In this document: positions 40,601 through 54,373 of the stretch, piece by piece
Position numbering within the stretch: the first letter of the stretch is position 1
Layout: each line of letters begins with the position of its first letter
NCBI GenBank assembly: GCA_964035545.1
Contig: OZ037771.1
Location: 14,259,133 to 14,323,132 of the forward strand
Direction of reading: 5' to 3'
DNA: 64,000 nucleotides
Source: Bugula neritina
Taxonomy: Eukaryota; Animalia; Bryozoa
The notes under the pieces: model-generated
What the model was told of the DNA's origin: nothing
What the model saw: the letters and a program-made list of their open reading frames with translations, nothing else
The model's database searches: none
Program-made: the position numbers and the translations under genes

Positions 40601-41469
40601 GCAACATTAAAACATGAGAAACAAATCAGCAGATGGAAGATATTTTCCTAATGAACAACGAGGCTATAACTCATAACTTCTAACTGAACAAACTGGAGAA
40701 ACTGTAAGACTGACTTGACCAGCTCCTGTCTGAGGGACTTGATATCGGCAGGAAGGGGCGTGTCGGCGAGAATGGAGCGGATGTTGCAGTTACTCTGCGT
40801 GCTGATAATGCTATTCGCTGAGGCCGTCGTCATGGTAGCGGTAGAGACAGTGGAGGCAGTGGTAGACGCAGAGTCGGGCAACTTGATGAACACATTTCTG
40901 CTTAAGGAGGCTGACAGCACAGAGGTAGTGGCGGACTGAGTGAGGGTCGTGGCTGACTGGGAGGGGGTAGAGGCTACTATCAGTGGGCTGGAGGTACCAG
41001 AGGAAGTTCGCACTGTGTAGAAACCCTTTTGGTAAGTCCTACAAGAAGACAGCCCTGCATAGGAATGGAGAACACAGCAAGTATACGAAGTAAACTGTTT
41101 CATGCTAAAACATCTCAAATCCAGCAGACTTTAGTGATAAGCACAACTGATTTATGCTAGCACAAGATTTTAAAAATCCTGCTGTATTAAAAATTATCTG
41201 TTCAATCCTTATTAAATTCAAAAATCTTTGCCAGCATGAAAACTTCCAGCGCGAATCTTTTTTCATCCTAATTCGTTTTAGAGATGACCGGCTTTACCAG
41301 TCGAATTTTCATGAAATTGCTCCGAATATGAATAGACACTGTATACAAATTAGTATAGACTGTGGCCCACCGAAGCTAGTAATGTAACTCACAGAGCTGG
41401 AGAAAGAAGAGAAGTCTGAGATGAATCTTGTGTAGTGGGACAGAACACTATAGCCTTCGGTCTGTCCAT
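34686..41469 (-). CDS. PHF21A: PHD finger protein 21A (BHC80)-like, 12 coding exons, about 871 aa
   Basis: Exons 41469-41393, 41038-40715, 40218-40086, 39812-39638, 39359-38673, 38466-38347, 38166-37997, 37412-37249, 36980-36862, 36780-36399, 36054-35970, 34865-34686; phases consistent. Family hallmarks: N-terminal coil (VQSELKMCMHAHH..EIIVRLNAKQDEL), FMLGLGLV..RRAERRK, PHD HEDLCAVC..MCDTC..YHLNC..WSCPKC, IGTVHQFVQQKSLKEDEHQQLL, C-terminal coil. Confidence 0.85.
35496..35940. repeat. 22-bp minisatellite, about 20 copies
   Basis: Unit GTGTATATTCAACCTGCTGTTA in the last PHF21A intron. Confidence 0.9.
36099..36391. repeat. 36-bp minisatellite, about 8 copies
   Basis: Unit AGTAAGTATAGCTGAATATATATGAAAGGTTTATAT; fills most of the intron. 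Confidence 0.9.
37455..37990. repeat. 22-bp minisatellite, about 24 copies
   Basis: Unit CATAATACTAACACTATATACT; fills most of the intron. Confidence 0.9.
38790..39187 (-). repeat. 30-bp coding tandem repeat (SAPVTSATSA), about 13 copies
   Basis: Unit AGAAGCAGACGTAGCTGATGTCACTGGAGC inside PHF21A exon 5. Confidence 0.9.
40228..40545. repeat. 21-bp minisatellite, about 15 copies
   Basis: Unit CATACGTCAGCATATACATTG; begins about 10 nt from the exon 3 acceptor. Confidence 0.9.
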
Positions 41470-44400
41470 ATTGGCGAAGAGAAAATACAACAGCAGCAAC
41501 CAGGAGAGAACAATTCCAGCTGTAAAATCCATACAGAAATACTCAACAACACAGGAAACTTCAACATAGAACTCAACTTAGGTAACAAAAAAAAACATTA
41601 ATTTCACAAAAAGACAAACTTTTATCTTTGCAACACGGCATCAAATTTGCAGTATACAAACAATATCAGCATCAAAAATAAAAATTTAATAGAAAATGTA
41701 GTAGTATAGAATATTAAAATTTAAAGGTTAAGATAAGAAATTGCAACATACGGAAAAAGCCACAAACGACAGTTAGGAGTAATTGTAAGGTCATAGATAT
41801 AGTGCAGTACAGCAAGCAGAAACAGCTAAATGCTATCAGACTGAGTGCAGGAATGAGCAGACCATTGTTGGGATAACTTCTCTTTATGCTTATAATAATA
41901 TACTACACACATAAATAATATGGCTTCACACAAAATCGCAAAGTAAAAAGTGCATGTAGATATTTAGTTAAACCACTGAGTAGTATGTTCTACAGAGTAT
42001 GCTAAGCTGCTAAATATCCAGTATCTTACACTGTTTTACATATTCAAAGTTTAGAAATTTACCTGATCTAATATACCTGATTTACTATAGTTAAAATAGC
42101 ATCCTTAACCCAACTCTTCAGATATGCAAAAAAATCTTTAAAACTGCATCAATTTAAGTTTACACTTTACATATAAAAACCTTAAAATTAATTAACTTTC
42201 AATTCAAACACACAAGAATAAATTCTATACATAAAAACTGCTAAAATTACAATACTAATAGCATCCTACTATCACAATATAGACAGTATTGTTTATACCC
42301 ATCATTAATTTTAGGATACATCAATGAATAGGATATAATTTAAATAGTAAATTTGACTTGGTTAATTGGTGTAGAAATGTGTTAATAAAGTATAATTTAT
42401 TAAACTATGAGCACCACAAGTATTTGATGAAAAATTAATAAAAATCAACATCACTGTACATCAAAAATCTACTGAGTGTATGTATAGTTGCTTGTTTTCT
42501 AACCATTAGTTTTTCAAATCAGCCTACAGAATGATTTAAAAGATTATAGCATGAAATAAAATATGACTGTGAAAACTGTACCAATGAGTAATACAACTGA
42601 AATCATTACTATCATTGATGATCATTTCTTGTATTTGAATAATTAGTCTGGTTGATAATAAAATGTTAACTGCATTGGATGAGATCACTGGTTATATATG
42701 TCTATTTATTTAGTGGTGCAATCACAATACTCAATAGCATTAGATTATGCCCACACTTATGTCCATTGGCATATATAATAAATGTTATTTATATTAGCTA
42801 TTTTAAACTATTAATTATTGCTGAATATAACTAAATTGTCTCACTCCTCAAAAACCGAATCAAAACTGACAGATTCATAATGATAATAGTGAGATTTTGA
42901 AAACCAATTAATTCAAAATTGTATGTAATTTTAATAACCAATTGGTTTACATAAAAATAATATTAAATACTGTGATCAAGAGACGTATAATTTTGTATGT
43001 TAACTTAGAATGAACACTGACACAGGCTCGTGGTCTTCCCCGTGATAATCATTATCATAATGATAATGATAACCACAAAGTTATGATAATCTCACTTGAA
43101 TAAATGGTTTTAATTTAAAAACTTAAAACATTGATTGTAACAATAAAGGTAGTACTGTTCATACTTCACAGTAAATATAAAAATAAATTTAAATATTCGT
43201 ATAATTATAACCATTCAATTTCGATCAAGTGTTTTTCACGGAACCAGAAAGCAACTAATAGTAATACTAATAATAATATTAATATTCATAACAATGAAAC
43301 ACGACGACCCAAAACTAACGAGTGAACATTTAAGGCCAACACCTTACAACTAATACTACAAGTACAATCCAAAAAACAATATAAATATAATAAAAATTTA
43401 ATTCAATTGCTTGTCCGTGAACACTCGCACTCACAGTGACTGAGTGAGTGTGACAGTCACACCAACACTCAATCTCATACTGTCTGAGAACTCCAACTTG
43501 AACTTCAACTTGGGGTTTTGAAATAAAATCCGAATTACTTAAAAAAACAAAAACAAATTTTTCTAATAAGCAAGCACTTCACAAATAACTGAATGACTAA
43601 GAGTGACTAAGTGAAACTGAAAGTCGGTGACAGTCGGTGCGAGTCCCGAGTCTGAGCTGTCACCAACTCAAACGGAATCGGGTATTCAAATGAAATTCCA
43701 TTATATTGAGTGAAAACAAAAATTACTTGAGTTCTAAAATTTCAAACTAAAGCAACATGCCATAATAAAGATAAACCTACAATTGCAGTATAAACGAAAA
43801 TCACTGTAAGTGAATCTGAGCGAGATACTCACTGATGCTGTTAACGTTTTATCCTGCTCGTAGGAAATTTCCAAAACCGTCTATCCAACCACCTGCGCGC
43901 GCATGCATTTTACGTTACTCTGAGCTAGTGCTCTCAACATATCAGCTATTATAAGCAATATTACGACAGATACTGCGCCTGTTGTTAGACAGTTAGAGTA
44001 AGGTTGAGGGCCTAATGTGGTATTACAAAGGCAAATGCCCGAAACAACTAAAGCTACATGTACACAGGTCGATTTTTCATGAAAATCGGCCGATAAACTG
44101 TTAGCGATTTTTTAGGATTTTTGAAAAATCGGCTGATTTTGCTTTTGGCAGATTTTTGTAGCGATTTCCAGAATTGAACATGTTCAATTTATCGGGCGAT
44201 TTTCTGTTGAACCAGCCAATCAAAAGCTGGCAGAAAATCATGACAGCGAGCGAAGTTAACACCATTGTTGAAATACAACTAGGAAGTAATTAGTACGTTG
44301 CTATCACTACGATGCATCATATATGAAATACAAATATAAAAATAACTATCAATCGAAGTAGTACTAGTAGTAATAACAACGCAATTTTTATTTATTAGAA

Positions 44401-44595
44401 CATCAGAATAAACATATTGCTTTTTTAAATAGAACACTGGTATTATTCTCAACTTTTACTCATTTATAATACAATTTATAACTTTTAGTTTTAATTTTTA
44501 TATTTAAGTAACTAATATTAGCATCTCAACTTTATAGTTTAATTTTTGTTGAAAGAACAGATTTGCACTGATCGTGAATTTTCGTTAGTAATTTA

Positions 44596-44817
44596 GTTAG
44601 CTCCAAGACGGCCGTTTTCTCAACATAAATATAATTGTGAGTTTTTGTTAATAAGTTAGCTCCAAGACGGCCGTTTTCTCAACATAAATATAATTGTGAG
44701 TTTTTGTTAATAAGTTAGCTCCAAGACGGCCGTTTTCTCAACATAAATATGATTGTGAGTTTTTGCTAATTTGCTAAGTTAGCTCCAAGACGGCCGTTTT
44801 TCAACATAAATATGATC
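44596..44817. repeat. 59-bp tandem repeat, about 3.6 copies, inside the Harbinger element
   Basis: Unit starts GTTAGCTCCAAGACGGCCGTTTTCTCAACATAAAT at 44596, 44655, 44714 and 44778. Confidence 0.9.
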
Positions 44818-45519
44818 GTGATTGGTGGCAGCAGTCAGTTCGGTGCTGCCTGCTGTAATATATATACCTCATCATGTACGATTCAGAGATTACTCAAAAA
44901 TATGTCGACAACTTGGAGAAGTTTCCTGCTCTGTGGGATAACCGTAGTAAGGTTTATTCAAACAAGGATGCCAAGAAGAGGGCTTGGGCTGACCTGGCAG
45001 CTCTTGTTGGAATATCGGCTGAAGAGCTTCAGACTCTTCACAAAACCAATAGAACTTACTTTGCAAAGGTAATTTAATATAATTTTATACTCACTGCATT
45101 TGGAATGAGAAAATTTAAATGATATTTAAATTAATATTCATACAGGTACTATGATTTTTAACAGGAGCACAAAAGGCGCTTTCATCAGCCGTCTGGAGCT
45201 GGTGGAGAGGAGCGCAACAAAAAAACATACCCATATTACGAGCAGATGCTCTTTCTTTTGCCAACTCTAAAAACTAGGAGCTCGCACTCCAACCTTATTG
45301 CTGAGGTAAGCAACAGTAGTGATTGTGGTAGTATGCAAATCGATGTAAACATACATTATTTATTAATAGGTTGTTAATTATTTCACATAATAATATGAGT
45401 TTAGGATAGAAATCAGATGATGGATGATGGAAGTAGTCAAGGTGATTCTTCACAACCATCTTCCACATCATCAAGGTCCGAATCAATACTTCTGCTGCCA
45501 GCTGCATCTAGGACACCTG

Positions 45520-46926
<1,407 letters not shown>

Positions 46927-47992
46927 TTCACGTGTGAAAAGAATGTATATTATAATAATGCCGATGTATGTTTACTCAGTTTACTATGCTAATGCACGTG
47001 AAACTAATCTTGAATTTTGCGCATGAACCTAAAAGAAAGTTGTATAGACTGAGAGCCATCCGCCAATAAAACGCAAGCAGAAAATTAACCCGGGAAATAA
47101 AAATTGCCTAGAAAATCAGTCGATTTTTCAATCAGCAATAGCGAAATCGAGAAGTACAAAATCGGCTGAAAAAATCAGCGTGTGTACATGTAGCTTTACT
47201 TACCTACAAGAAATTACGTAGTATTACGTGCTAGCTTCAGCAAATTTAACTAAGCATTAGCTATTTAACCAAATAAATTCAGATAGAAGCGCAGCTACTT
47301 TGTACCCATGTATGCAATTTTGGCAAGCTCAACAAGTTCACATTTGAATTTCTCGAAATAAACAAAAAACTACCTATCTTGCTAAACCAAAGGACATTAT
47401 AGTCTAAACTCTAATAAGGAAAAAAGGCAACATGCACAAAATTATTTCACATCTAAGATACTTAGTACCGATAGTCTTATTTTCCATGAGGCAAACTCTC
47501 CAACTGAAAAAGCAATGAGTAGTAAACCAGTACCTATTTCAAAAAATATGCTACCATCACTATAACAGCTTCTTAAAATATTACAGTGCATACGTAAGTT
47601 GTTGTACAATGCTGAGAAGAGCTTTCAGTGTTATACAAATTCCACAACTAAGCTTTGAAGTTTAATTTAAATCAGAAAGATTATTACAAAATAATGTACT
47701 TAGCAAATTGAAAACAATTGTATGAAACTATATTTTCAAAAAAAAAACAAATTAGTTTATGCATAAGTAAAAAATCTGCTTCTGTATAGAAAATGTACAC
47801 TACTCTGGCACCCAGGGTCCTTCACAAAACTAGCTCTGAAATTAGCAAACCATGAAATCCACACAAAATGTCTTATTATTTAATACATCACAAATCGGTT
47901 CTTATTGAGCTCATTAAAATACTTTACACTGGCAAACAATTGAATTCTAAAAATGGAAAAACAGCTCCTCACTACAACCTCGACATAATGTG

Positions 47993-50900
47993 CTATCGGT
48001 CATCTCTTCGTATTTTCCTATTATACTCGTCCACTATCTTCTGGCCGGCATCAAGCTGTTTCTGAGCTTTCCTAAGCCGAGAGTCTCGAAGTAGCCTGTG
48101 AGGCTCCCCAATAACGGCTTCGGCTTGAGGTAAACGTAACATGAATGATTGAAAGTACTCCAATATATGGTGAGTAGTTTCCAAGTCTAACTTATATTTA
48201 TCTGCTAATATTTTAGCTGAGTTTGCCTCAGGATCGTCTTTGTGAGAGTTTATCATTTCTAAGGCTAGACGTAACGGGATCCTGCCTTCTGGTATAGTGA
48301 CGGGCTCCAGGTACCCAAACTTCGGATCATTTACCTGAAATATTAGACATAATTATTAATTGATTTGTTGCATATCACAAACAGGAAAACACGGTGCGAA
48401 ATTTAGTGTAAATACTGGCCATAATAAGTAGACATGAAGAAAAGTGAAGAAAGAAAAATTAGAACTCTGTTGGATAATTTCAAATATAAAACATCAAATT
48501 ATTTACAAGGTTTTGTAAAGAGCTATCTCAGCCCAACGCTCCTCCATATTTGATGGCTCTATGTTTTCCAGAAAGACATTGATAAAATGGTCATGGTCTA
48601 TTATATACTTTAAAACTTTTCATTTAATGTTATTTGCAATTTTAGATGCTAAAAATAATTATTGAAAAAACATTTTCAACTGAGAAATTTTCATTTATTA
48701 CCAATTTCCCAGCACAAATATACCTATATCTAGTATATTTACTCCTGGATATAATGAAAAGTTGAATTAAGAACAAAACGAGGATCTAGTACAGCTCTTT
48801 TCTTTTTCTAAATCTTATTTTCCCCAACTTTTAAAATAATGTATGTAGAGAACAATTCATGCAAGTATTGTATAATGTTTGGTCACATGCTATAACATTA
48901 GTACAACAGTGTACACAACCCACTCAACTACAAGGTCAACCTGACTAAGGTGAAAAAGGAGATATTTTCACTTTAATTGCAGTGAATTGTGACTCTAGGC
49001 TGCCAACATAGTATGTCAGCTGATGGTAACATTACAGTTACCTCATAGTCAACTATCAGTAAACCTGCAGTCAACTCACAGTCATATTGTAGTCAACTCA
49101 CAGTGACTCTGCAGTCTACTGACTGTGACTATGCAGTCAATGGATTTAAGCTTTATTTTGGCTTATAAAACACATTTATTGTCATAAGATTAATATAATT
49201 TACTCAAAATGTTACAGCAATGACAAATATGAAGCCATTTACCAACACATCTTTGTAGAAATTGTTTGAGTAACATTCTACTAGATAACCATCAACATGT
49301 TCTTTTTATTCGGTGGTCATGAAGCGAAGAAGATATCATCCAAAAAATGTGAGTCAAGTATCACTAAGTATATCATACCATCTACTTTCATATACTTACA
49401 CTCTACTCTCTCTCTCTCTTCACATATACTTACACTCTACTCTCTCTTCTCATATACTTACACTCTATCATCTCTTCTCATATACTTACACTCTACTCTC
49501 TCTTCACATATACGTACACTCTCTCTCTCTTCTCATATACTTACACTCTACTCTCTCTTCTCATATACGTACACTCTACTCTCTCTCTCATATACTTACA
49601 CTCTACTCTCTCTCTTCTCATATACTTACACTCTACTCTCTCTTCTCATATACTTACACTCTACTCTCTCTTCTCATATACGTACACTCTACTCTCTCTT
49701 CTCATATACTTACACTCTACTCTCTCTTTTCATATACTTACACTCTACTCTCTCTTTTCATATACTTACACTCTACTCTCTCTTTTCATATACTTACACT
49801 CTACTCTCTCTTTTCATATACTTACACTCTACTCTCTCTTCTCATATACTTACACTCTACTCTCTCTCTCTCTTCACATATACTTACACTCTACTCTCTC
49901 TTCTCATATACTTACACTCTATCATCTCTTCTCATATACTTACACTCTACTCTCTCTTCACATATACGTACACTCTCTCTCTCTTCTCATATACTTACAC
50001 TCTACTCTCTCTTTTCATATACTTACACTCTACTCTCTCTCTCATATACTTACACTCTACTCTCTCTCTTCTCATATACTTACACTCTACTCTCTCTTCT
50101 CATATACTTACACTCTACTCTCTCTTCTCATATACGTACACTCTACTCTCTCTTCTCATATACTTACACTCTACTCTCTCTTTTCATATACTTACACTCT
50201 ACTCTCTCTTTTCATATACTTACACTCTACTCTCTCTTTTCATATACGTACACTCTACTCTCTCTCTCATATACTTACACTCTACTCTCTCTCTTCTCAT
50301 ATACTTACACTCTACTCTCTCTTCTCATATACGTACACTCTACTCTCTCTCTCATATACTTACACTCTACTCTCTCTCTTCTCATATACTTACACTCTAC
50401 TCTCTCTTCTCATATACTTACACTCTACTCTCTCTTCTCATATACGTACACTCTACTCTCTCTTCTCATATACTTACACTCTACTCTCTCTTTTCATATA
50501 CTTACACTCTACTCTCTCTTTTCATATACTTACACTCTACTCTCTCTTTTCATATACTTACACTCTACTCTCTCTTCTCATATACTTACACTCTACTCTC
50601 TCTTCTCATATACTTACACTCTACTCTCTCTTCTCATATACTTACACTCTACTCTCTCTTTTCATATACTTACACTCTACTCTCTCTTTTCATATACTTG
50701 CACTCTACTCTCTCTTCTAAGACACACTAATGGCCCACCTTCCTCAAATGCACAGTCACACACCACTCCCCCTGCTACTTCCACTATCACCCTCTTCTTA
50801 ACAAGTTTCATCCACACATTTTTCTTAACAACTTTTATTCATATCTTCTACGGTTTAATTCCTCCCACCATCTACTAGCCATTTTTACTCTTCTTACATG

Positions 50901-53099
50901 TTAATGTTAATAAAAAAAGTTGACTAAAAGCTCACCAAATAAATTAGCCACTGCATAATTAAAGTGCCGAATTGTTGAAATTTACTGTTACTGATGTGTT
51001 TGTTTAGACTGTGTCCAATGCATTTGACCGATGAATAAATACAGTATGTATATATGTATAGGTTAGGCCCATCAAATATAATGGTTGATTATAATTTTGT
51101 TTTAAATTAACAAATTAAAAGCGGGAGAACTGCCTCAAACTGGTCCAGTGCCTTTCGGACGAAAAATATCAAGAATTGTCCACAAAGATGGCAACAAACG
51201 GTCAAAATCATTGAAATCCGAGAACAAGTTGAAAAATAAAAATGAAAAATCCAAATCTGTAAAGCAGGAGGATGTGAGGCAGAGCCGGTCAGAGTCAGCT
51301 GTGAGGAAATCGAATAAAAGGAGGTGAACTGGAAACGCTATAAATATTTGTTAAATAGTACTACAAGACATCTTACTGCACAAATACTTCATAAAACTTG
51401 TTATTTTGATTATTGCACTTACAATATATGATTACTTTCACTAAAAAGCAGTTGTGAATACAACTCTAACTAGTTAATGTCAGTGCATGACTCACTAGTT
51501 ACTGTCAGTGTGAGTATGAGTGACTAACTAGTGTTAGCATCACTGAGTGTGGCCTACTAGTTAGTACGAGTGTATAGTTAGTGTTAGCATATGACTCACT
51601 AGTTAGTAGCAGTGTAAGTATGAGTCACTAGCTAGTTAATGTTAGTGTATGACTCACTAGTTACTGACAGTATGAGTATTAATCATTAGATGGTGTCAGT
51701 GTGAGTATGAGTCATTAGTTACTGACAGTATGAGTATTACTCATTAGATGGTGTCAGTGTGAGTATGAGTCACTAGTTACTGCTGCTCTCTATAGTCAAT
51801 AGCCATTGAAAACTATATTTTATAAATTTTCAGAGAAAATGGCAGCAGACAGCACCCAGCGTACCCTGCGAGATCTCTAGCGAGTTTGAAAACGAGGCAA
51901 CAAAGAGAAAGGGATATAATCAGGTGGAGGACTCAATGGCAGCCATGGAATGGTAACTACCAAAGTAGTACTATATGCAGTATGTCCAGTGGGTAACCAT
52001 GAACATTTTAAATGATTTCAAAGTTAATAATTTTCAACAAAAACTACATGAAAGCTTAGTATCTGATGGCATACTTAATCTATGCCATTATTGCTAATAA
52101 CCATGAGGATTGTGTATGAGAATATTTCTCTTCCCAGTTGTATGTAAAATCTGTGTAATGTGAACAGCTGATATGCTTTACTACCATGGTGCAGACTATT
52201 ACAGCTTTTATAGTTTTGGAAAGTTTCCATACTGTGGTACGACTATACCGGTGCATTAAATTATTTTAGTTTGCGATAATAAAAATTATTAAAGCACTGG
52301 AAGATTGATAAGGCACAATAAAAGCAGACCAACTACTTATTGAATTTCCAAGTAATTATTCAAACAATGTACAGCTAAAAAACCTGACATTTACAACACA
52401 TTATTTCAAAAGTTGTAAATTTTCAAGAGTTGTCTACTTTTGCAAATTGTATAAAAAATTCACAGAAGAATAGAATATTCTTTTAATGAGCTCTAAATTC
52501 ACCTTGCGTCTATCTTCTGGTAACTTTCTCTTTGTTTTAACAATGGGATTGTCTCCCTTGCTTTCTACATATACACTTTTCAGCCTTTCGTCTAAGTCTG
52601 GCAGTTTTTGGTGAATATAATTCATATCATTCTGACGAGAAGCTTTATTCCTGGCTTCAATAGCTGCCTACACAATGAAATGTTATATCGAGTGTAATAA
52701 ATCACAGACAAGACAAGACAGAAAGACCGCAGTTAATAATATTTCAATTTAAGGCGTTGTTGATAAATAGAGCAATAATTATAAAGCATTTTCTAAAAGT
52801 TGTTTAAAAAATTGATAAGAAAGACTCTTGAGATTCGTGACAAGGTTTGCTATTCTGATTTGGAAATAGAAAATCCTAACGCAATATTTTGAAAACTAGC
52901 TATTTGAGCAAAATTTTTACTGAAAACGCTAATCAATGTGGAAGAATCACACATTGAAATTTTGTCATTTATATGTCACACTAACCTCTGTAGGATATCT
53001 GGGTGGCGCTTTTGGAACCTTTTTAGATTGCTCGATGGCTTTTGAGGCCCGTGCCTCAATGTTGTACAGTTTGAAAGGCCTCTTCAAAGAAGCTCCCAT
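47993..53099 (-). CDS. NDUFAF4: NADH dehydrogenase (complex I) assembly factor 4, 206 aa
   Basis: Exons 53099-52986, 52667-52503, 48334-47993. MGASLKRPFKLYNIEARASKAI..KAPPRYP, LDERLKSVYVES, IPEGRIPLRLALEMINSH..LADKYKLDLETTHHILEYF match family motifs; Gly2 retained. Confidence 0.88.
49388..50715. repeat. About 27-bp pyrimidine-rich minisatellite, about 49 copies
   Basis: Unit TCATATACTTACACTCTACTCTCTCTT with a variable (CT)n tail, in NDUFAF4 intron 2. Confidence 0.95.
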
Positions 53100-53900
53100 A
53101 TTCTACCAATTACGCATTTAGTATCTTCACTGTTGCCAATTTGCTAAGCGCTAAAATATAAATCTTCTCAACTTTACTCTATAAAATCAGCAAGCATGAA
53201 AAAATATCCAAAATTTGTATACTTGTGAAAAGTGAAATGTGCTATCCATCAATTCATGTTATTGATTGGGCTATAACTGTAACCCCAAGTTACTGGTAAA
53301 AAAATATTTCAAAGGCACTCAACAAAACAAACCAAAGTTAAACACATCTCAAAAGTCAACCATGACTGAAATTATTCAACGTTGCAAGAAAACTTTGAGA
53401 GTCACTTGCATAAATAATTCATAGGTAAGATTCGATCAGTTCAACTACGTGATGATCTTTAGATATAACTTAAAAAAAAACTTCAACTTTTGAGTAAAAT
53501 TAGTACAAAAAATTGCTTTAGGTATGACTATTAGTATTAGTAATAGTTATACTTATAGGCTAAAACAATTGCTTTTCATTTGTTGTGAATTGAATATTTT
53601 CTACTAATTAAATAAGAATTAAACTTAATACTTAGATTTAGAACTCATAGTTAATAATTATTAACCAAACTATTGTGATTGTCAGCATAATTGTTATACT
53701 TATTATTTACCAACTTGATGAAAAAGTATTGGTATAATATTAATAATTATTACTAATTTTTAACTATTTAATTTATTCAAAATCAATCATAATCATTAAT
53801 GAATTATTATGATTATCATTAGATAATTATATTCATAATCACTTTATACTTCATAATGATAATGATATTGTTCATTATTATTTATGTTATCATGTAATAC

Positions 53901-54351
53901 TGTATTGGTATGCCACCCAGAAGTATTGGCAGGCAGCCAATCATTAAAGCTTTCAAGCTTCAAAAGCTTTCACCAAAGCTACTATTAGCTGGCAGAGCTA
54001 GTTCATTCACTGTACTGCATGAGTCAGTGTATCATGATCAAACCGCCATATTTACACTCTTTGTATGAATAAACTATCGGTTTCGGTATTGTGATGGCTA
54101 AGATTTTTATCCACGCATCAATATTGTAAGTTTATTAGAATTACAATAGTTCATGTCAATTTTTTGGTTCTGTAATATTCATAGTGTTCCTCTGAATTTT
54201 GATTTATATTGTGACTACTTATTTATACAATTTCTAATGTTTCCCATTTTATAGGGTACGATTTGACAGTTAATAAACTCGAAAACCTGTTGCCAAGTTG
54301 GCTAGTAGTTAAAGCATATCTTGCAACCAGACACAAACACAAACCGATACA
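53901..54351 (+). repeat. 5' LTR
   Basis: TGTATTGGT...ACCGATACA termini; AATAAA at 54272-54277. Confidence 0.95.
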
Positions 54352-54373
54352 GTACCAATATTGTTGAGGCGAC

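Noticed and set aside
41039-41054. CAG acceptor at 41055 for PHF21A exon 2
   Set aside because: Wrong phase for the upstream exon; the TAG at 41039 restores the frame.
49297-50878. 477-aa and 521-aa ORFs
   Set aside because: Translations of a G-poor 27-bp minisatellite that cannot easily form stops; intronic in NDUFAF4.
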